A stretch of DNA of 64,000 bases from the human T2T-CHM13v2.0 reference genome, Homo sapiens, in contig CP086569.2 in assembly GCA_009914755.4 (NCBI GenBank), forward strand, positions 416,001 to 480,000. The letters are read 5' to 3'. Below, in pieces: positions 28,801 through 47,750 of the stretch. The notes under the pieces were generated by a model. It had not been told where the DNA came from. It was given only the letters and a program-made list of their open reading frames with translations, and ran no database searches. The first letter of the stretch is position 1. Every line of letters starts with the position of its first letter. Made by a program: the position numbers and the translations under genes.

Positions 28801-29695
28801 GGACATAACTCGTCTTCCTCTGCAGATTGGAACAGATGATTTTGCCGTCCAAGCATCCACCGGTGCTGTAGGAGAAGACGCACCGTGTTAGGTAGGTCAG
28901 CTGGCTCTGAGTTGAAAGTGTCACCCAAACCCAGGAGATCCAGGGCAGAAATTGTTTTAGTTCCACAGAGCAGCCACGGGTGCACCGTCTGTGTATCTCT
29001 GTCAGTGATGCAATCCAATGCATCTGGCAAAGGGAACGCAGGGGGCTGCGAGGAAGGCCCATTCGAGTGGCCTGTAAAAATGCTGAAAGCTCCATACACC
29101 TTCCCTGTCTCTGGGATTCTCAGCATCCTGCTCTGCCCTCCAAGTACAGGTCGCTGACCCACCTCCCACCCCTGCCCACCTCCAATCACATGCCTTGCAC
29201 CCCTTCCTACCATTAGGCCTGCCGCTAAGGACCTGATTAGCTATAAATTTATGGCAATCCGCAACCACCGGCCTTCCCCTCCTGATGTTTTCTGACACAT
29301 TTCAGGAGACGCAGAATACAGGCTCGCTGGTCCACCCGAGACCCCTGGCTGCAGAAACAGCCCGGCTCGTGAACACAGTTGCCGTGGTAACATGCCCCCC
29401 AGCTGTAGCCGGCCTAGGAAAACTACGTGGACAAGGATGATTTTTTCACAAGTTTTATTTTTTATTTATTTACTTGGGACCTTTTGTTTGGCAGCCGGAC
29501 GGTGCAGCTTTTTCTCTGCACGGAGTCTGGTTGTGTCTACACACACAGGCAACACGCATAGATGGACATAAAACTATCCCCTCCCAAGACTTGCAAAGGA
29601 TGCACGTTTTTCAGGCTGCAGCCAGGACGAGGGAGAGGTAGAGGTTGTAGTTATTGAGTAGGGGAGTCCCAAGAAAATCGTTGCCATAGGAAAGA

Positions 29696-30477
<782 letters not shown>

Positions 30478-30661
30478 TTACACAAAAAACCAAACCAAAC
30501 AAAACAGGTGCTGAGGTGATATTGAAAGATAAGATTGCTTAGAATATGGAGGCTAATGTTTGGAGGTGACTTTTGTAAATTGATCTTCATCCCTGGCAGT
30601 CCTTTGGTTGAAGGAGCCTGGATTTTAGTGTAAGATTTGGCTGGTTTGTTATAACATGTGG

Positions 30662-30666
30662 ATCCC

Positions 30667-30745
<79 letters not shown>

Positions 30746-30919
30746 TTTCTTTCTTTCTTTCTTTTCCTTTCTTTCTTTTCCTTTCTTTCTTTCTCTCTCT
30801 TTCTTCTTTCCTTCCTTCTTTCTTTCTTTCTTTTTTCTTTCTCTCTTTTCTTTCTTTCTCTCTCTCTCTCCCTCCCTCCCTCCTTCCCTTCCTTCCTTCC
30901 TTCCATCTTTCTTTCTTTT

Positions 30920-30962
<43 letters not shown>

Positions 30963-31009
30963 CTCTTTCTTTCTTTCTTTCTTTCTCTCTTTTTCTTTCT
31001 TTTCTTTCT

Positions 31010-31056
<47 letters not shown>

Positions 31057-31080
31057 CTCTTTTCTTTCTTCCTTCTTTTT
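30662..31080. repeat. (TTTC)n/(CTTT)n pyrimidine-rich microsatellite (about 420 bp) with (CT)n and (TCCC)n blocks
   Basis: ctttctttctttc... runs. The + strand is almost purely C and T. Confidence 0.95.
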
Positions 31081-31152
31081 AAGTGAAAGCAAGTTTTTTA
31101 AGAAAGTGAAGTAATAAAAGAATGGCTACTCCAGAGGCAGAGTACCCCTTAG

Positions 31153-31500
<348 letters not shown>

Positions 31501-32864
31501 ATCCTCTTTATTTTTTAAATTCTATTTGTATTCTTGATCTTCCCAGTTTTAGTGGCTCTTCAGGGGCTGAGAAAGCATGAAATACAGAGAATTTCTCTCC
31601 TCTTTCAACCAGAAAAGTTGTCTCATGTCTTTGGAGGTGGTAAGACCAGAGATATCTTTCTTGCAGGAGGAAGATGATTTCAAGAACAGAGAAATTGAGA
31701 TGATTTTCCCGAGACAGGCAGTTGTTTCTTTCCTCCTCTCAGACACCTGTCCCGCGAGGCCAAGATGAAGTTGCTTCATTTTCTTAAGAGAGAATGACCG
31801 GAATGTTCCGGAAAACCAAAACGTCCAAGCTTTTGCAGGATGGAAGGAGTGGATCTATAGCAATTGAATTGAACACTTGTGTCCCTGTGTCTCCCTTGCT
31901 GCCCCCCAAACCTGAGAGCCCATTTTCAGCTTCTCCAGTGACCCAGTTGTCCAAGCGGAAACTAGTTAATCACCCTCAGTGGACCTGATATTCCCCGGAA
32001 ATTATGGCTCGTGGAGATCTCATCGGAATTGTAAACTCATGCAGCCAGCCACATCTGCAAGTCCCAGGGGAATACAGGTCAAAAAACGTACCGGAATTAC
32101 AGAAAAATCGTGTTGTCATCTCTGCACCGTACAAGGACAGAAACGACCTGTTTCCAAGAATGACATTATATAGCATCCCTGCCTTTTCGTTGACGGGGGA
32201 GACTGTATTATCCTCTAAAAGGTGCCACGAAGAATATTCAGAAAGGGTAAAATGACAAAATTAAAAGGAACGAAGGTGTATAGAAAGGCCAATTCTAAAA
32301 ACCTAAATGCTGGAGGCGGCGGGGTGGCCTGTGGTTGGTCTCTGCAAATTTTCTCCGGATCTGACAGAGATCCAGTTCCGTCACCTCCAGGGCACAACGT
32401 AAGACCCCTGTTTCTGCAGTTCTGCCTTTTTAATTGATCGCCAGCGCTTTCTGGAAGATGATAGAATAAGGCCAGATTGTACGTGCCGGGGTGCTGATCT
32501 TCATGACTGGGGTATGTGTGTGTGTTCTCCAAAATTAAAGGAGCAAAGTGAGACCACAGATTGTACAATTCCATTCGAATCACATGTCCAGAATAGGAAA
32601 ATCTACTGGGGCAGAGGGTGGATCAGTAGTTGCTTAGGACTGGGGGAACAAGGATGGGATAACTACGGAGGGAGGGATCTGAAGATGGCAAGTCAGCTTC
32701 CTTGGGGGGTGATAAAGATATCCTAAAAGTGACTCTGAGTGCCTTAAATAGATGCATTGTACGATATGTCAGTTATAGCCCGACAAACCTGCTTTGAAGA
32801 AAAAGAAGGCAGATTGTGAAATACACATAATAAATGGAAGCAAAGCAAATGACAATGATTTTTA

Positions 32865-33010
32865 AATTTATTTTTATTTTTTGTAGAGATGGGGGTGTCT
32901 AGCTAGGTGGCCCGGGCTGGTCTCAAACTCATGGGCTCAAGCAATCCTCCAGCCTTAGCCTCCGAAAATGCTGGGACCACAGATGGGAGTCACCACCGTA
33001 CCCATCCATA
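32865..33010 (-). mobile_element. Old, diverged Alu-like fragment
   Basis: tttttgtagagatgggggtgtctagctaggtggcccgggctggtctcaaactcatgggctcaagcaatcctccagccttagcctccgaaaatgctgggaccacag. Confidence 0.5.
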
Positions 33011-33060
33011 CAACTTTTTTTTTTTTTAATGTGAGACTACAAAATTATGAGGACATATCA

Positions 33061-33411
<351 letters not shown>

Positions 33412-34394
33412 CTAATGATTAAATACTGTAGGGAAGAGCTTACCACAATTGCTGGCCCATGGCCAATGCTGGGTATAAGACAGCTACTGCAAACAACCAT
33501 GATGATGATACATCTCTTGTGTAGGGTTAGGTTGTTTGAGACACATTCTATGCTCCTTGATTTGATTGGAAGGTACCTTGGTTCCTTGGGGACTTGGAGG
33601 TGATGAAAGCCTCCCTGGGGACAAAACTCACCTTCACTTCTCTAATATCAAGCTTCAGCAACCTGCTCCAGCTACAGCACAGGGTTGGACAGGCCCAACA
33701 ACAGAGGAAATCCACAAAGTGTGTCTTGACACATACATCCACGGGGTCTAACGAGGTGAGGCCAATGACTGCTTCCACACACCCCAGCCAGACTCTGACT
33801 TCACTCCCGGCAGGTTTCAGTAGACTTGGCAGCAGTTGGAGCGAGCTGGCTTCTTGCGGTAGGCAGCCATGTTGGAAGAGCTCCCAATAGTCCTCGTTTC
33901 CTGGTAATCTCATGCTTGGATCATCTTCTTCTCTTGAGTGAAGAGAAGAACTGCAGAGAGAGACAGAGACAGAGAGACAGATCACAGGGGCAGTTTCCCC
34001 CATACTGTTCTCAAGATAAATGAGTCAACTCTTACACCTCTTTTCTCTGGTGTAAAACAAGGCTGGTGAACAGGCAGAGAGAACTGGGGTGTTGGAGTAG
34101 CATTGACCTTCCTTCTTCATCCCTCTATAATCTCTCCTAGTGCAGGAGTAGGAAAACTAAAAATCACACGTCTGATCATCTGTGATCTCAGAGTCTTGGA
34201 CAAGCCTTGCTTGCCAATCAGCAGGGATGGGAGTTGGAGCCATCTCCAAGTGTCCCCCCACAAATCTATGTCCACCTGGAAGTTTCAAATGCAACTTTAT
34301 TTGGGAAAAGCAATTTTGCAAATGTTATTAAGTGAAGGATCTAGGGATGAGATCATCCTGGAGTAGGGTGGGTCCTAGGTCAAATGACAGGAAA

Positions 34395-34720
34395 TCTGCC
34401 CACCTCGGCCTCCCAAAGTGCTGGGATTACAGGCATGAGCCACCAAACCTGGCCTATCATTGATTTAATGATTAATACGGTTAGGCTCTGTGTCCCCACC
34501 CAAATCTCATCTCAAATTGTAATTCCCATGTGTCCAGGGAGGGAGCTTGTGGAAGGTGATTGGATCACAGGGGCAGTTTTTGTCATGCTGTTCTCATGAT
34601 AAATGAGTCAATTCTCAGAAGAGATGATGGTTTTAAAGTGTGGCACTTCTTTGCTCTCTTGCTCTCTCTCTCTCCTGAGTAGACTGGCTCATTCTTTCTA
34701 CTGGTTACAAGCAATAGAAG
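34395..34720. mobile_element. Fragments of an old interspersed repeat (family not identified by eye) plus a short Alu tail fragment
   Basis: 34395-34455 is an Alu tail fragment (cctcggcctcccaaagtgctgggattacaggcatgagccacc). 34456-34720 is ggttaggctctgtgtccccacccaaatctcatctcaaattgtaattccc...gggaggg...ggtgattggatcacaggggcagttt...ctgttctcatgataaatgagtc.... A second partial copy lies at about 33960-34060. Confidence 0.4.
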
Positions 34721-35030
34721 TGATAACAAAATTGATGGTTTCTCATTTCCTAAATGGTACCAGTGGATTCCTGGTTTCCTCTCTCTCTCTTCTCTCTCTC
34801 TATCAACTTTTCCCTCAATCTCTCTATCAACCTCCCTCTCTCTCAATCTCAATCTCTCTCAGTCTCATTCTCAATCTCTTTTGCTCAATCTCTTTCTCAG
34901 CTTCTCTCCCTCAATTTCTCTTTTGCAACTTCTCTCTCTCAGTCTGTGTCTCTCAATCTCCCTCTCTCAATCTCTCTTGTAGTCTCCCTGTCTCTCATAC
35001 TCTCTCTGTTTCTGTCTGTCTCTGCCCTTG
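34620..35030. repeat. CT-rich low-complexity / (CTCTCTCAAT)n-like minisatellite
   Basis: tctctctcaatctcaatctctctcagtctcattctcaatctcttttgctcaatctctttctcagcttctctccctcaatttctc. Confidence 0.8.
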
Positions 35031-35744
35031 CTCTAGGGAAAGCAAGTTCTTATGCTGTAAGTTCTCCTGTAAAAAGGTCCACATGATACGGAACTGGCCA
35101 TCTTTGGCCAACATGAGTGAGTTTAGAAGTGTGCCTTTCACCAGTTGAGCCTTCAAATGAGATCCCAGCCCTGGATGACACAGTGACAGTAACCTGCTAG
35201 GAACTGTGAACCAGAGGCACCCAGCCAAGCTGCTCCCAGACTCCCAACCCAGTGAAACCATAAGATAATAAATGCATGTTGTTTTAAGCTGCTAAGTTTG
35301 GGGGTCACTTGTTACACAGCAACAGCTGACTCATACATTTTCTTTGAAATTGATTTCCACTTCTGTCACCAGCATCATTCCATAAATTTGCTCTATGTGC
35401 ATTGCTGACCTGCAGTAGAAGTTTTGGAGAAGTGAACCACATCCCCTTATCTGCCATTTGACAGCAAGCAGCCTCAAACATTCATAATTTCTTTCCTGAC
35501 TCTCCACTCCACACTGTTGCCTGCCTTCCTGGTTCCAGATCTTTGGATCTGGACTGACACCTGGGCACTGTCATAGGCATCCGTGTGAAGAGACCACCAA
35601 CAGGCTCTGTGTGAGCAATAAAGCTTTTTAATCACCTGGGTGCAGGTGGGCTGATTCTGAAAAGAGAGTCAGCAAAGAGTGGTGGGATTATCATTAGTTC
35701 TTATAGGTTCGGGATAGGTGGTGGAGTTAGGAGCAATTTTTTGT

Positions 35745-37790
35745 GGGCAGGGAGTGGATCTTACAAAGGACATTCTCAAGGGTGGGGATGATTTTACAAA
35801 GTACCTTCTTAAGGGCGGGGGAGGATATTACAAAGTACCTTCTCAAGGGTGGGGATGATTTTACAAAGTACCTTCTTAAGGGCGGGGGAGGATATTACAA
35901 AGTACCTTCTCAAGGGTGGGGGTGGATATTAGAAAGTACCTTCTTAAGGGCGGGGGAGGATATTACAAAGTACCTTCTCAAGGGTGGGGGAGGATATTAC
36001 AAAGTACCTTCTCAAGGGTGGGGGAGGATATTACAAAGTACCTTCTCAAGGGTGGGGATGATTTTACAAAGTACCTTCTTAAGGGCAGGGTGGATATTAC
36101 AAAGTACCTTCTCAAGGGTGGGGGTGGATATTACAAAGTACCTTCTCAAGGGTGGGGATGATTTTACAAAGTACCTTCTTAAGGGCGGGGGAGGATATTA
36201 CAAAGTACCTTCTCAAGTGTGGGGGTGGATATTACAAAGGACATTCTCAAGGGTGGGGATGATTTTACAAAGTACCTTCTTAAGGGCAGGGGAGGATATT
36301 CCAAAGTACCTTCTCAAGGGTGGGGAGGATATTACAAAGTACCTTCTTAAGGGCGGGGGAGGATATTACAAAGTACCTTCTCAAGGGTGGGGGTGGATAT
36401 TAGAAAGTACCTTCTCAAGGGTGGGGAGGATATTACAAAGTACCTTCTCAAGGGTGGGGGTGGATATTACAAAGTACCTTCTCAAGGGTGGGGATGATTT
36501 TACAAAGTACCTTCTTAAGGGTGGGGGTGGATATTACAAAGTACCTTCTCAAGGGTGGGGGAGGATATTACAAAGTACCTTCTCAAGGGTGGGGATGATT
36601 TTACAAAGTACCTTCTTAAGGGCAGGGTGGATATTACAAAGTACCTTCTCAAGGGTGGGGGTGGATATTACAAAGTACCTTCTCAAGGGTGGGGATGATT
36701 TTACAAAGTACCTTCTTAAGGGCAGGGGAGGATATTACAAAGTACCTTCTCAAGTGTGGGGGTGGATATTACAAAGGACATTCTCAAGGGTGGGGATGAT
36801 TTTACAAAGTACCTTCTTAAGGGCAGGGGAGGATATTCCAAAGTACCTTCTCAAGGGTGGGGAGGATATTACAAAGTACCTTCTTAAGGGCGGGGGAGGA
36901 TATTACAAAGTACCTTCTCAAGGGTGGGGGTGGATATTACAAAGTACCTTCTTAAGGGCAGGGGAGGATATTACAAAGTACCTTCTCAAGGGTGGGGGTG
37001 GATATTAGAAAGTACCTTCTCAAGGGTGGGGAGGATATTACAAAGTACCTTCTCAAGGGTGGGGGTGGATATTACAAAGTACCTTCTCAAGGGTGGGGAT
37101 GATTTTACAAAGTACCTTCTTAAGGGTGGGGGAGGATATTACAAAGTACCTTCTCAAGGGTGGGGGTGGATATTACAAAGGACATTCTCAAGGGTGGGGA
37201 TGATTTTACAAAGTACCTTCTTAAGGGTGGGGGAGGATATTACAAAGTACCTTCTCAAGGGTGGGGGTGGATATTACAAAGTACCTTCTTAAGGGCAGGG
37301 GAGGATATTACAAAGTACCTTCTCAAGGGTGGGGATGATTTTACAAAGTACCTTCTTAAGGGCGGGGGAGGATATTACAAAGTACCTTCTCAAGGGTGGG
37401 GGTGGATATTAGAAAGTACCTTCTCAAGGGTGGGGATGATATTACAAAGTACCTTCTCAAGGGTGGGGGTGGATATTACAAAGTACCTTCTCAAGGGTGG
37501 GGATGATTTTACAAAGTACCTTCTTAAGGGCGGGGGAGGATATTACAAAGTACCTTCTCAAGGGTGGGGGTGGATATTACAAAGTACCTTCTTAAGGGCA
37601 GGGGAGGATATTACAAAGTACCTTCTCAAGGGTGGGGATGATTTTACAAAGTACCTTCTTAAGGGCGGGGGAGGATATTACAAAGTACCTTCTCAAGGGT
37701 GGGGAGGGTGTGTTGTACAAAATACATTCACAAGGGTGGGGGACTATCAGAAAGTACATTATCACAAGGGCGGGGAGGGTGTATTGTCAC
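35745..37790. repeat. Minisatellite, unit about 33-38 bp (two alternating variants), about 55 copies over about 2 kb
   Basis: Unit variants: gggtgggg(g)[a/t]ggatattacaaagtaccttctcaag and gggtggggatgattttacaaagtaccttcttaagggc[g/a]gg. All three + strand phases of the unit lack stop codons, which is why the ORF track calls a 421-aa ORF here. Confidence 0.95.
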
Positions 37791-39699
37791 AAAGTCAATT
37801 GATCAGTTAGGGTTGGGCAGGAACAAATCACAATGGTGGAATGTCATCAGTTAAGACAGGAACTGGCTATTTTCACTTCTTTTGTGGGTCTTCAATTGCT
37901 TCAGGCCACCTGGATGTATACGTGCAGGTCACAGGGGATATGATGGCTTAGCTTGGGCTCAGAGGCCTGACAGGCACTGCTTACTCACTGATGAGTCTCC
38001 GTTGGGACTTACTTCCAGGACTCCATCAGCAGGGGATTTTTCTGCTTCAAGGGCTCATGCTGGGCACATGAATGGAAGGGTTGATTCCTCCTGGAGGCGT
38101 CGAGGGAGATGCCTCCAAAAGGAGGAACTGACTCTCTTTGACCAACGTCACATGATAGCAACCTGCCAGGAACCAGGAACCAGAGACACGTATCCAACCA
38201 AAAGGCACCTGCCTCTTCCCCAGCTCCTGCTGGTTTGTGGGGCAACCCTGGGAGTCCTTGTCTTGCAAATGTGTTGTCTAGCTCTCCTCCTGAATGAGGC
38301 ATCACCTGCATTCTCCACCTGCGTTCTTTGGAAGAGCTTTGCAGCCTCTCAGGAGAGCTGCTCACCTGTCCCCCCTGCCTGCTCATTGCCCTGTGCAAAC
38401 CAGAGTCCTGAGACACTCCCCAAAGGTTGGTCCCTACCAACCCAGGTTGCCTCTTGTTTCTTGCAACAAGACAGCAAAAGACGCTGCAGAAGGATCGCTT
38501 ACCTTGTTTGGAAAGAGAGCCCACCCTTTCACCTCGCTGGCAAACATTTTCTTGTGTCCTAATGAGAACCCCAAGGAATACCCCGGGATGTGAGGAGAGG
38601 GAGCGTCCGCCCGGCGGCCCGCCCCAAGGAGCCTGAGGCTGTCCTGCACACATCACCACACACACTCTCTGCATTGCAGTCCCATGTTTATAGAGAAGAT
38701 TACAGGTGAGTTTCCAAAATCCCAGCCCATGCTGCCCCTACCTGACGATGTTTGATTTCCGAATTCCTTTAATTTCAGCAAATGGATATTGGCTGTGGGT
38801 CAGCATAGATTTTTTCCGGTTATTTAAACAACATTTCAGATGCTTTTCCTGGCATCATTAGCTGAATGCTTCTACTGACAGCTGGAATCATTCAAACATC
38901 TGAGACAAGAGAGTGAACAGGACGTTCACTTGTTACCGTATCTCCTCGCTTCTCAACCACCACCCCTGAAATTCGCAGACTGTCACTGGGGAGCCTGTGA
39001 ACGTGGCTGAACGCAAACGGATTTAAAACTTGACAGGTGTTTCCAGCATGGAAAGGAACAAGGACTATAACGGCGAATAATAATAATAATAATAATAATA
39101 AAAGACAAATTAGGGATCAAGATCCAGTCTGTTTTTGTCTCATTTATAGTCTTTTCTCCAAGAGGTTGTAGGCTGGTACCATTTCACTAGGTTAAAAGCC
39201 TACGGTGTCAAGAGGTGCTAAGCTTTGCTGCTGTCTCTTGCTTGGCAAGACAAGCTCCGAGTCTTTCTGGAACTGACAATTGTGTGTGGGCATTTTCTTG
39301 TTTCTGGGGTTCTTTGCATGCATAGGGGCTGATCTTTGATATCCACTCTGGACTCCTCTCTGCAAACCTCTGGACATGCCACAGACAGCAGCTGTAACTT
39401 ACTGAGGTCAACCTGCTTACAACCCACGTACCAACCCCATGGAGGTGATTGTCGTATGACTAACAGCAGGCAGTTAAGGAGAAAGTCATGCTTTACAAAC
39501 GAGTCTGTGACTAGAAATCACAGGACCTGATGAATCCCTCAGAAACCCAAGAGGGATGGACTAACATTAAGGGGTTGTGGACTGTCCAGCCGTGCAGGGA
39601 CAGTCTCCAAGAAGATGCTTTAGACACAACGGTGAATTCTGCAGGCACTAGTTTGCATGCATATTTAGGCGTAGATATTCAAATGCATGAAGGATGTCA

Positions 39700-40125
39700 G
39701 TTTTCTTTTCTTTCTTTTTTCCTTCTTTCTTTCTTACTTTCTTTCCTTCCTCCCTTCCTTCCTTCCTTTCTTCTTTCTTTCTTTCCTTCCTTCCTTGCTT
39801 CCTTCCTTCCATCTTTCTTTCTTTCTTTCTTCCTCTCCTTCCTTCTTTCCTTCCTTCCTTCCCTTCCCTCCTTCCTTTTTCTTCTTCTCTTTCTTTCTTT
39901 CTTTCTCTTTCCTTCCTTCCTTCCTTCTTTCTCCTTCCTTCCTTCTTTCCTTCCATTTTTCTTTCTTTCTTTCTCTTTCTTTCTCTCTCTCTTTCCTTCC
40001 TTCCTTCCTTCTTTCTTTCTTTCTTCTTTCTTTCTTTCTTTCTTTCTTTCTTTCCTTCTTTCTTTCTCTCTCTCTCTCTCTCTCTCTCCCTCTCTTCTTC
40101 CTTCCTTCCTTCCTTCCTTTCTTTT
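39700..40125. repeat. (TTTC)n/(CCTT)n pyrimidine-rich microsatellite of about 430 bp
   Basis: ttctttctttccttccttcc... runs with a (CT)n block at about 40065-40090. Confidence 0.95.
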
Positions 40126-40401
<276 letters not shown>

Positions 40402-40471
40402 AAGAGTGCCAGTTTTCTAAACACGGGCACACACTTAATTTAATCTACAAATGTTTAAAAATGAGATGTGC

Positions 40472-40785
<314 letters not shown>

Positions 40786-40946
40786 CAATAGAGTTAATAA
40801 CCATTTACTGTATTCTTGAAAATTGCTAACAATAGATGTCAACTGTTCTCAACAAAGGAAAATGGTAAGTATGTGAGCAAAGGCCAATGTTAATTAGCTC
40901 AATGTATCCATTCCAAAATATTTATACACATCAAAACTTTACGTGC

Positions 40947-41304
<358 letters not shown>

Positions 41305-41321
41305 TTAAAAAATGAAGTGTG

Positions 41322-42090
<769 letters not shown>

Positions 42091-42092
42091 AC

Positions 42093-42988
<896 letters not shown>

Positions 42989-43229
42989 TCAGTGAAAATC
43001 TGGTTTCCTTTGAGCAGCCTAGATTTCTTTTTCTGACAGAAGCCTTCCTTTTTCCAACATGCTTACTGGTCTGACTGAATTCTACATAAAACCCTCACCA
43101 TTTTTTTTTTGTTTGTTTGTTTTGAGACAGAGTTTTGCTCTTGTTGCCCAGGCTGGAGTGAAATGGCTTAGGGCTTGGAGGGAAGCTCTTAATGAAATAT
43201 TCTTAGAAGCTTGTCAGTAGCCTGGGTGT

Positions 43230-44200
43230 CCTAAGATAATTGTGTGTATATACACATACATACATAATGTATATATGTGTATATATATAATTATAAATAA
43301 TATATAGTAATATATAGCATATATTATATATAATAATATAATTTATATATAAATTATATATAGTGTAATATATAACATATAGTATATATAGCATATATTA
43401 TATATAATTATGCACATAATATATATTTTATATATTATGCACATAATATATGCATACGTATAGCATATATTATATATAATTATGCACACAATTATGCACA
43501 CATAATATATGGTATATATACTATATGTTATGTATAGTATATTACACTATATAATATGTTATATGTAGTATATATACTATATATTATATAAATGATATAA
43601 TAGTTATGTTATATATTATCTTACATTATGTATATATTATATAGAATAATTATATATACTATATATACTATATATACTATATATACTACATGTAATATAT
43701 AATATATAGTATAGTATATTATATATAGTATAGTAATTATATAATATAGTATATTATACATAATATATATTATAATATATAATGTAGTATATACTATATA
43801 TTATAATATATAATATAGTATATACTATATATAATATATAGCATATATTATATATGTAATTCCAGGCTAATACATAATATATATGTTATATATATTATAT
43901 ATAATTCTAGACTAATATATGTTTGTATAATATATACAAATGTTTGTTCTGTTTTTTCTATATATAATATATATTCTAGGCTGAAATATATATTTGTGAT
44001 ATATAATATTTTATATATGTATATATTATATATTTATAGTATATAATTTATTTACATATTATATATTTATAACATATAATTTATTTAATTTGTAATATAA
44101 TATATTTAATTTACAATATATAGTATATTTAATTTCTAACATATCTTATATATTTACATATTAAATATATTTATTATATATGTATTTATATGTATATATT
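43230..44200. repeat. AT-rich complex tandem repeats / minisatellites of about 1 kb
   Basis: tatatagtatatactatatattata, atatagcatatattatatataattatgcaca and similar reiterated units. Confidence 0.85.
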
Positions 44201-44287
44201 TCAGCCTAGAGGACAATTATCTGAGGACGCCCAGGTTACTGACAAGTCTCTGAAGATGTTTCATATATATATAGATTTATCTGTGAT

Positions 44288-44570
44288 TTGAGACAGGGTC
44301 TCACTGTCCCCCAGGCTGGAGTGCAATACCACAATCACAGCTCTCTGCAGCCTCGACCTCCCAAAGCTCAGGTGATCCTCCTGCCTCAGCACCTCCGAGT
44401 AGCTGGGATTACAGGCACCCGCCACCACACCTGGCTAATTTTTGTATTTTTAGTAGAGACAGGGTTTCACCATGTTGCCTAGGCTGGTCTCGAACTCCTG
44501 ACCTCAGGTGATCCGCCCGCCTCGGCCTCCCAAAGTGCTGGGATGACAGGCGTGAGCCGCCTCTCCTGGC
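44288..44570 (-). mobile_element. Alu SINE
   Basis: gagacagggtctcactgtcccccaggctggagtgcaataccacaatcacagctc ... ggcgtgagccgcctctcctggcc. Confidence 0.95.
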
Positions 44571-45337
44571 CTGGGCTGAACTATATTATAGGGTCTCTGC
44601 AGTTCTGCCAGAGGATCAGGAAGACGGCCCAGCTCAGAAGCCACAGGCCAGCGAGCATCTCTCCGGATTCCCAAGACTTGGGTCAAACCTCTGCAGAAAT
44701 GTTTGTCTGTTTTTTTTTTTTTTTCTGGAATCTTCTTTTTCAGCTGCTGTCCCCAATCTCAGGCCTGATTTCATGCACTTTTATGCACTTTCAGAAGTGC
44801 ACGAAAGGGACCAAGAGAAGTCTCATTTGCAGCTGAGGACAGCCCTCAGCAGCAGCTCATTAAACAGCCATTTAATGCCCAGTGTTTCCAAACTTGATCA
44901 TGGCTCGAAGTGGGGGGATTTACGCTGTGGAGGCAGCATCTTTCTTAATCCAAAGCTGTCACCTCGGATGCCACGACGGTGTGTGAAAATCTCTTGGGAG
45001 CGCCAGAACCCAGGGCCACACGGTCGGCAGAAACGAAATGAAGAAATTACAGTAATTTTCTAGTTTAACGAGGTCGCGTTCCTTCTGTTGTCATTCACCA
45101 GCTACAACGAGAGAAGCCCAAATTTTCTGCCCCTGGCATTTTTTTTTAAACAGAATTTCACATGCAAACAAAAATAGATTGCTCTAAAAATGAGTGTTTT
45201 GGAGGTTTTCAGTACAGGCAGGTGGGAGGGGAAGAGAGATTTTCAATAAGGAGAGAAGGCTCACTTTGGAGACCTTGTTTCTGCGTCTCGTGAATAGACT
45301 CTTTTTTTATTACTACTTTTCAATTTTTATGGTTTTA

Positions 45338-46116
<779 letters not shown>

Positions 46117-46124
46117 TAGAGCCC

Positions 46125-46325
46125 CTTCCCTTCCCTTCCCTTCCCTTCCCTTCCCTTCCCTTCTCTCCCCTCCCCTCCCATCCCCCTCCCCTCCCCTCCC
46201 GCTCCCCTCCCCTCCCCCTCCCCCTCCCCTCCCCTCCCCCTCCCCTCCCTCTCCCCTCCCTCTCTCCTTTTTCTTCTCTTCTCTTCTCTTCTCTTCTCTT
46301 CTCTTCTCTTCTCTTTTCTTTTCTT
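46125..46325. repeat. (TTCCC)n-(CCCCT)n-(TTCTC)n pyrimidine-rich compound microsatellite
   Basis: ccttcccttcccttccc...cccctcccctccc...tcttctcttctcttctc. Confidence 0.9.
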
Positions 46326-46385
46326 TTCAATGGAGTTTCGCTCTTGTCGCCCAGGCTGGAGTGCAGTGGTGCAAACTCGGCTCAC

Positions 46386-46624
<239 letters not shown>

Positions 46625-46629
46625 TTATG

Positions 46630-46657
46630 TATTTCCCCTCTCTCTCTCTCTCTCTCC

Positions 46658-46692
<35 letters not shown>

Positions 46693-47150
46693 AAATGGAG
46701 ATATATAAAAGTATATAAATATAAGAGATAAATATCTAAAGGACATAGATATATTTATTTTATATTATTATATAAAATACATATAAAGGATATCTATCCT
46801 TTATGGATCTATCTATATTATCTATATTATACTGTCTATATTATGATCTATTATTATGTTATATCTATAACTATTATAGATATATTTACATTATATTATA
46901 TCTATATTATCTGTCTGTTATTATAATCTATTATCTATAATATCTATTATATTATCTATATCTATATTATCTGTATCTATATTACTTATATTATTTATAT
47001 ATGCTTTATAGATCTATCTATATTATTTATCTATCTACCTATATTATCTATGTATCTACCATCTATCTATATCATCTATCTATCTACCTATATTATCTAT
47101 CTGTTTTATCTATCTTATCTATCATCTATCTAGATATATCTTAATATATC
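46630..47150. repeat. (CT)n-(TA)n then (TATC)-related AT-rich complex repeat
   Basis: ctctctctctctctc, then tatatatatatat, then ctatattatctatctg / tctatctatctacctatattatctat reiterations. Confidence 0.8.
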
Positions 47151-47155
47151 ATGTA

Positions 47156-47750
<595 letters not shown>

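Noticed and set aside
35743-37810. 421-aa plus-strand ORF and follow-on ORFs (…KYLLKGGGGYYKVPSQGWGWILQSTF…)
   Set aside because: They lie inside the 35-bp minisatellite. All three forward phases of the unit are stop-free, so any array length gives a long ORF. The peptide is a perfect periodic repeat of the DNA unit, with no start context or domain.
37882-38674. Overlapping 226-aa (+) and 221-aa (-) ORFs in unique sequence
   Set aside because: This is a mutually overlapping antisense pair in moderately GC-rich DNA. There is no recognisable domain or motif and the composition is typical of random GC-rich ORFs. Eukaryotic genes here would be spliced, so a 680-bp intronless ORF with no other support is not credible.
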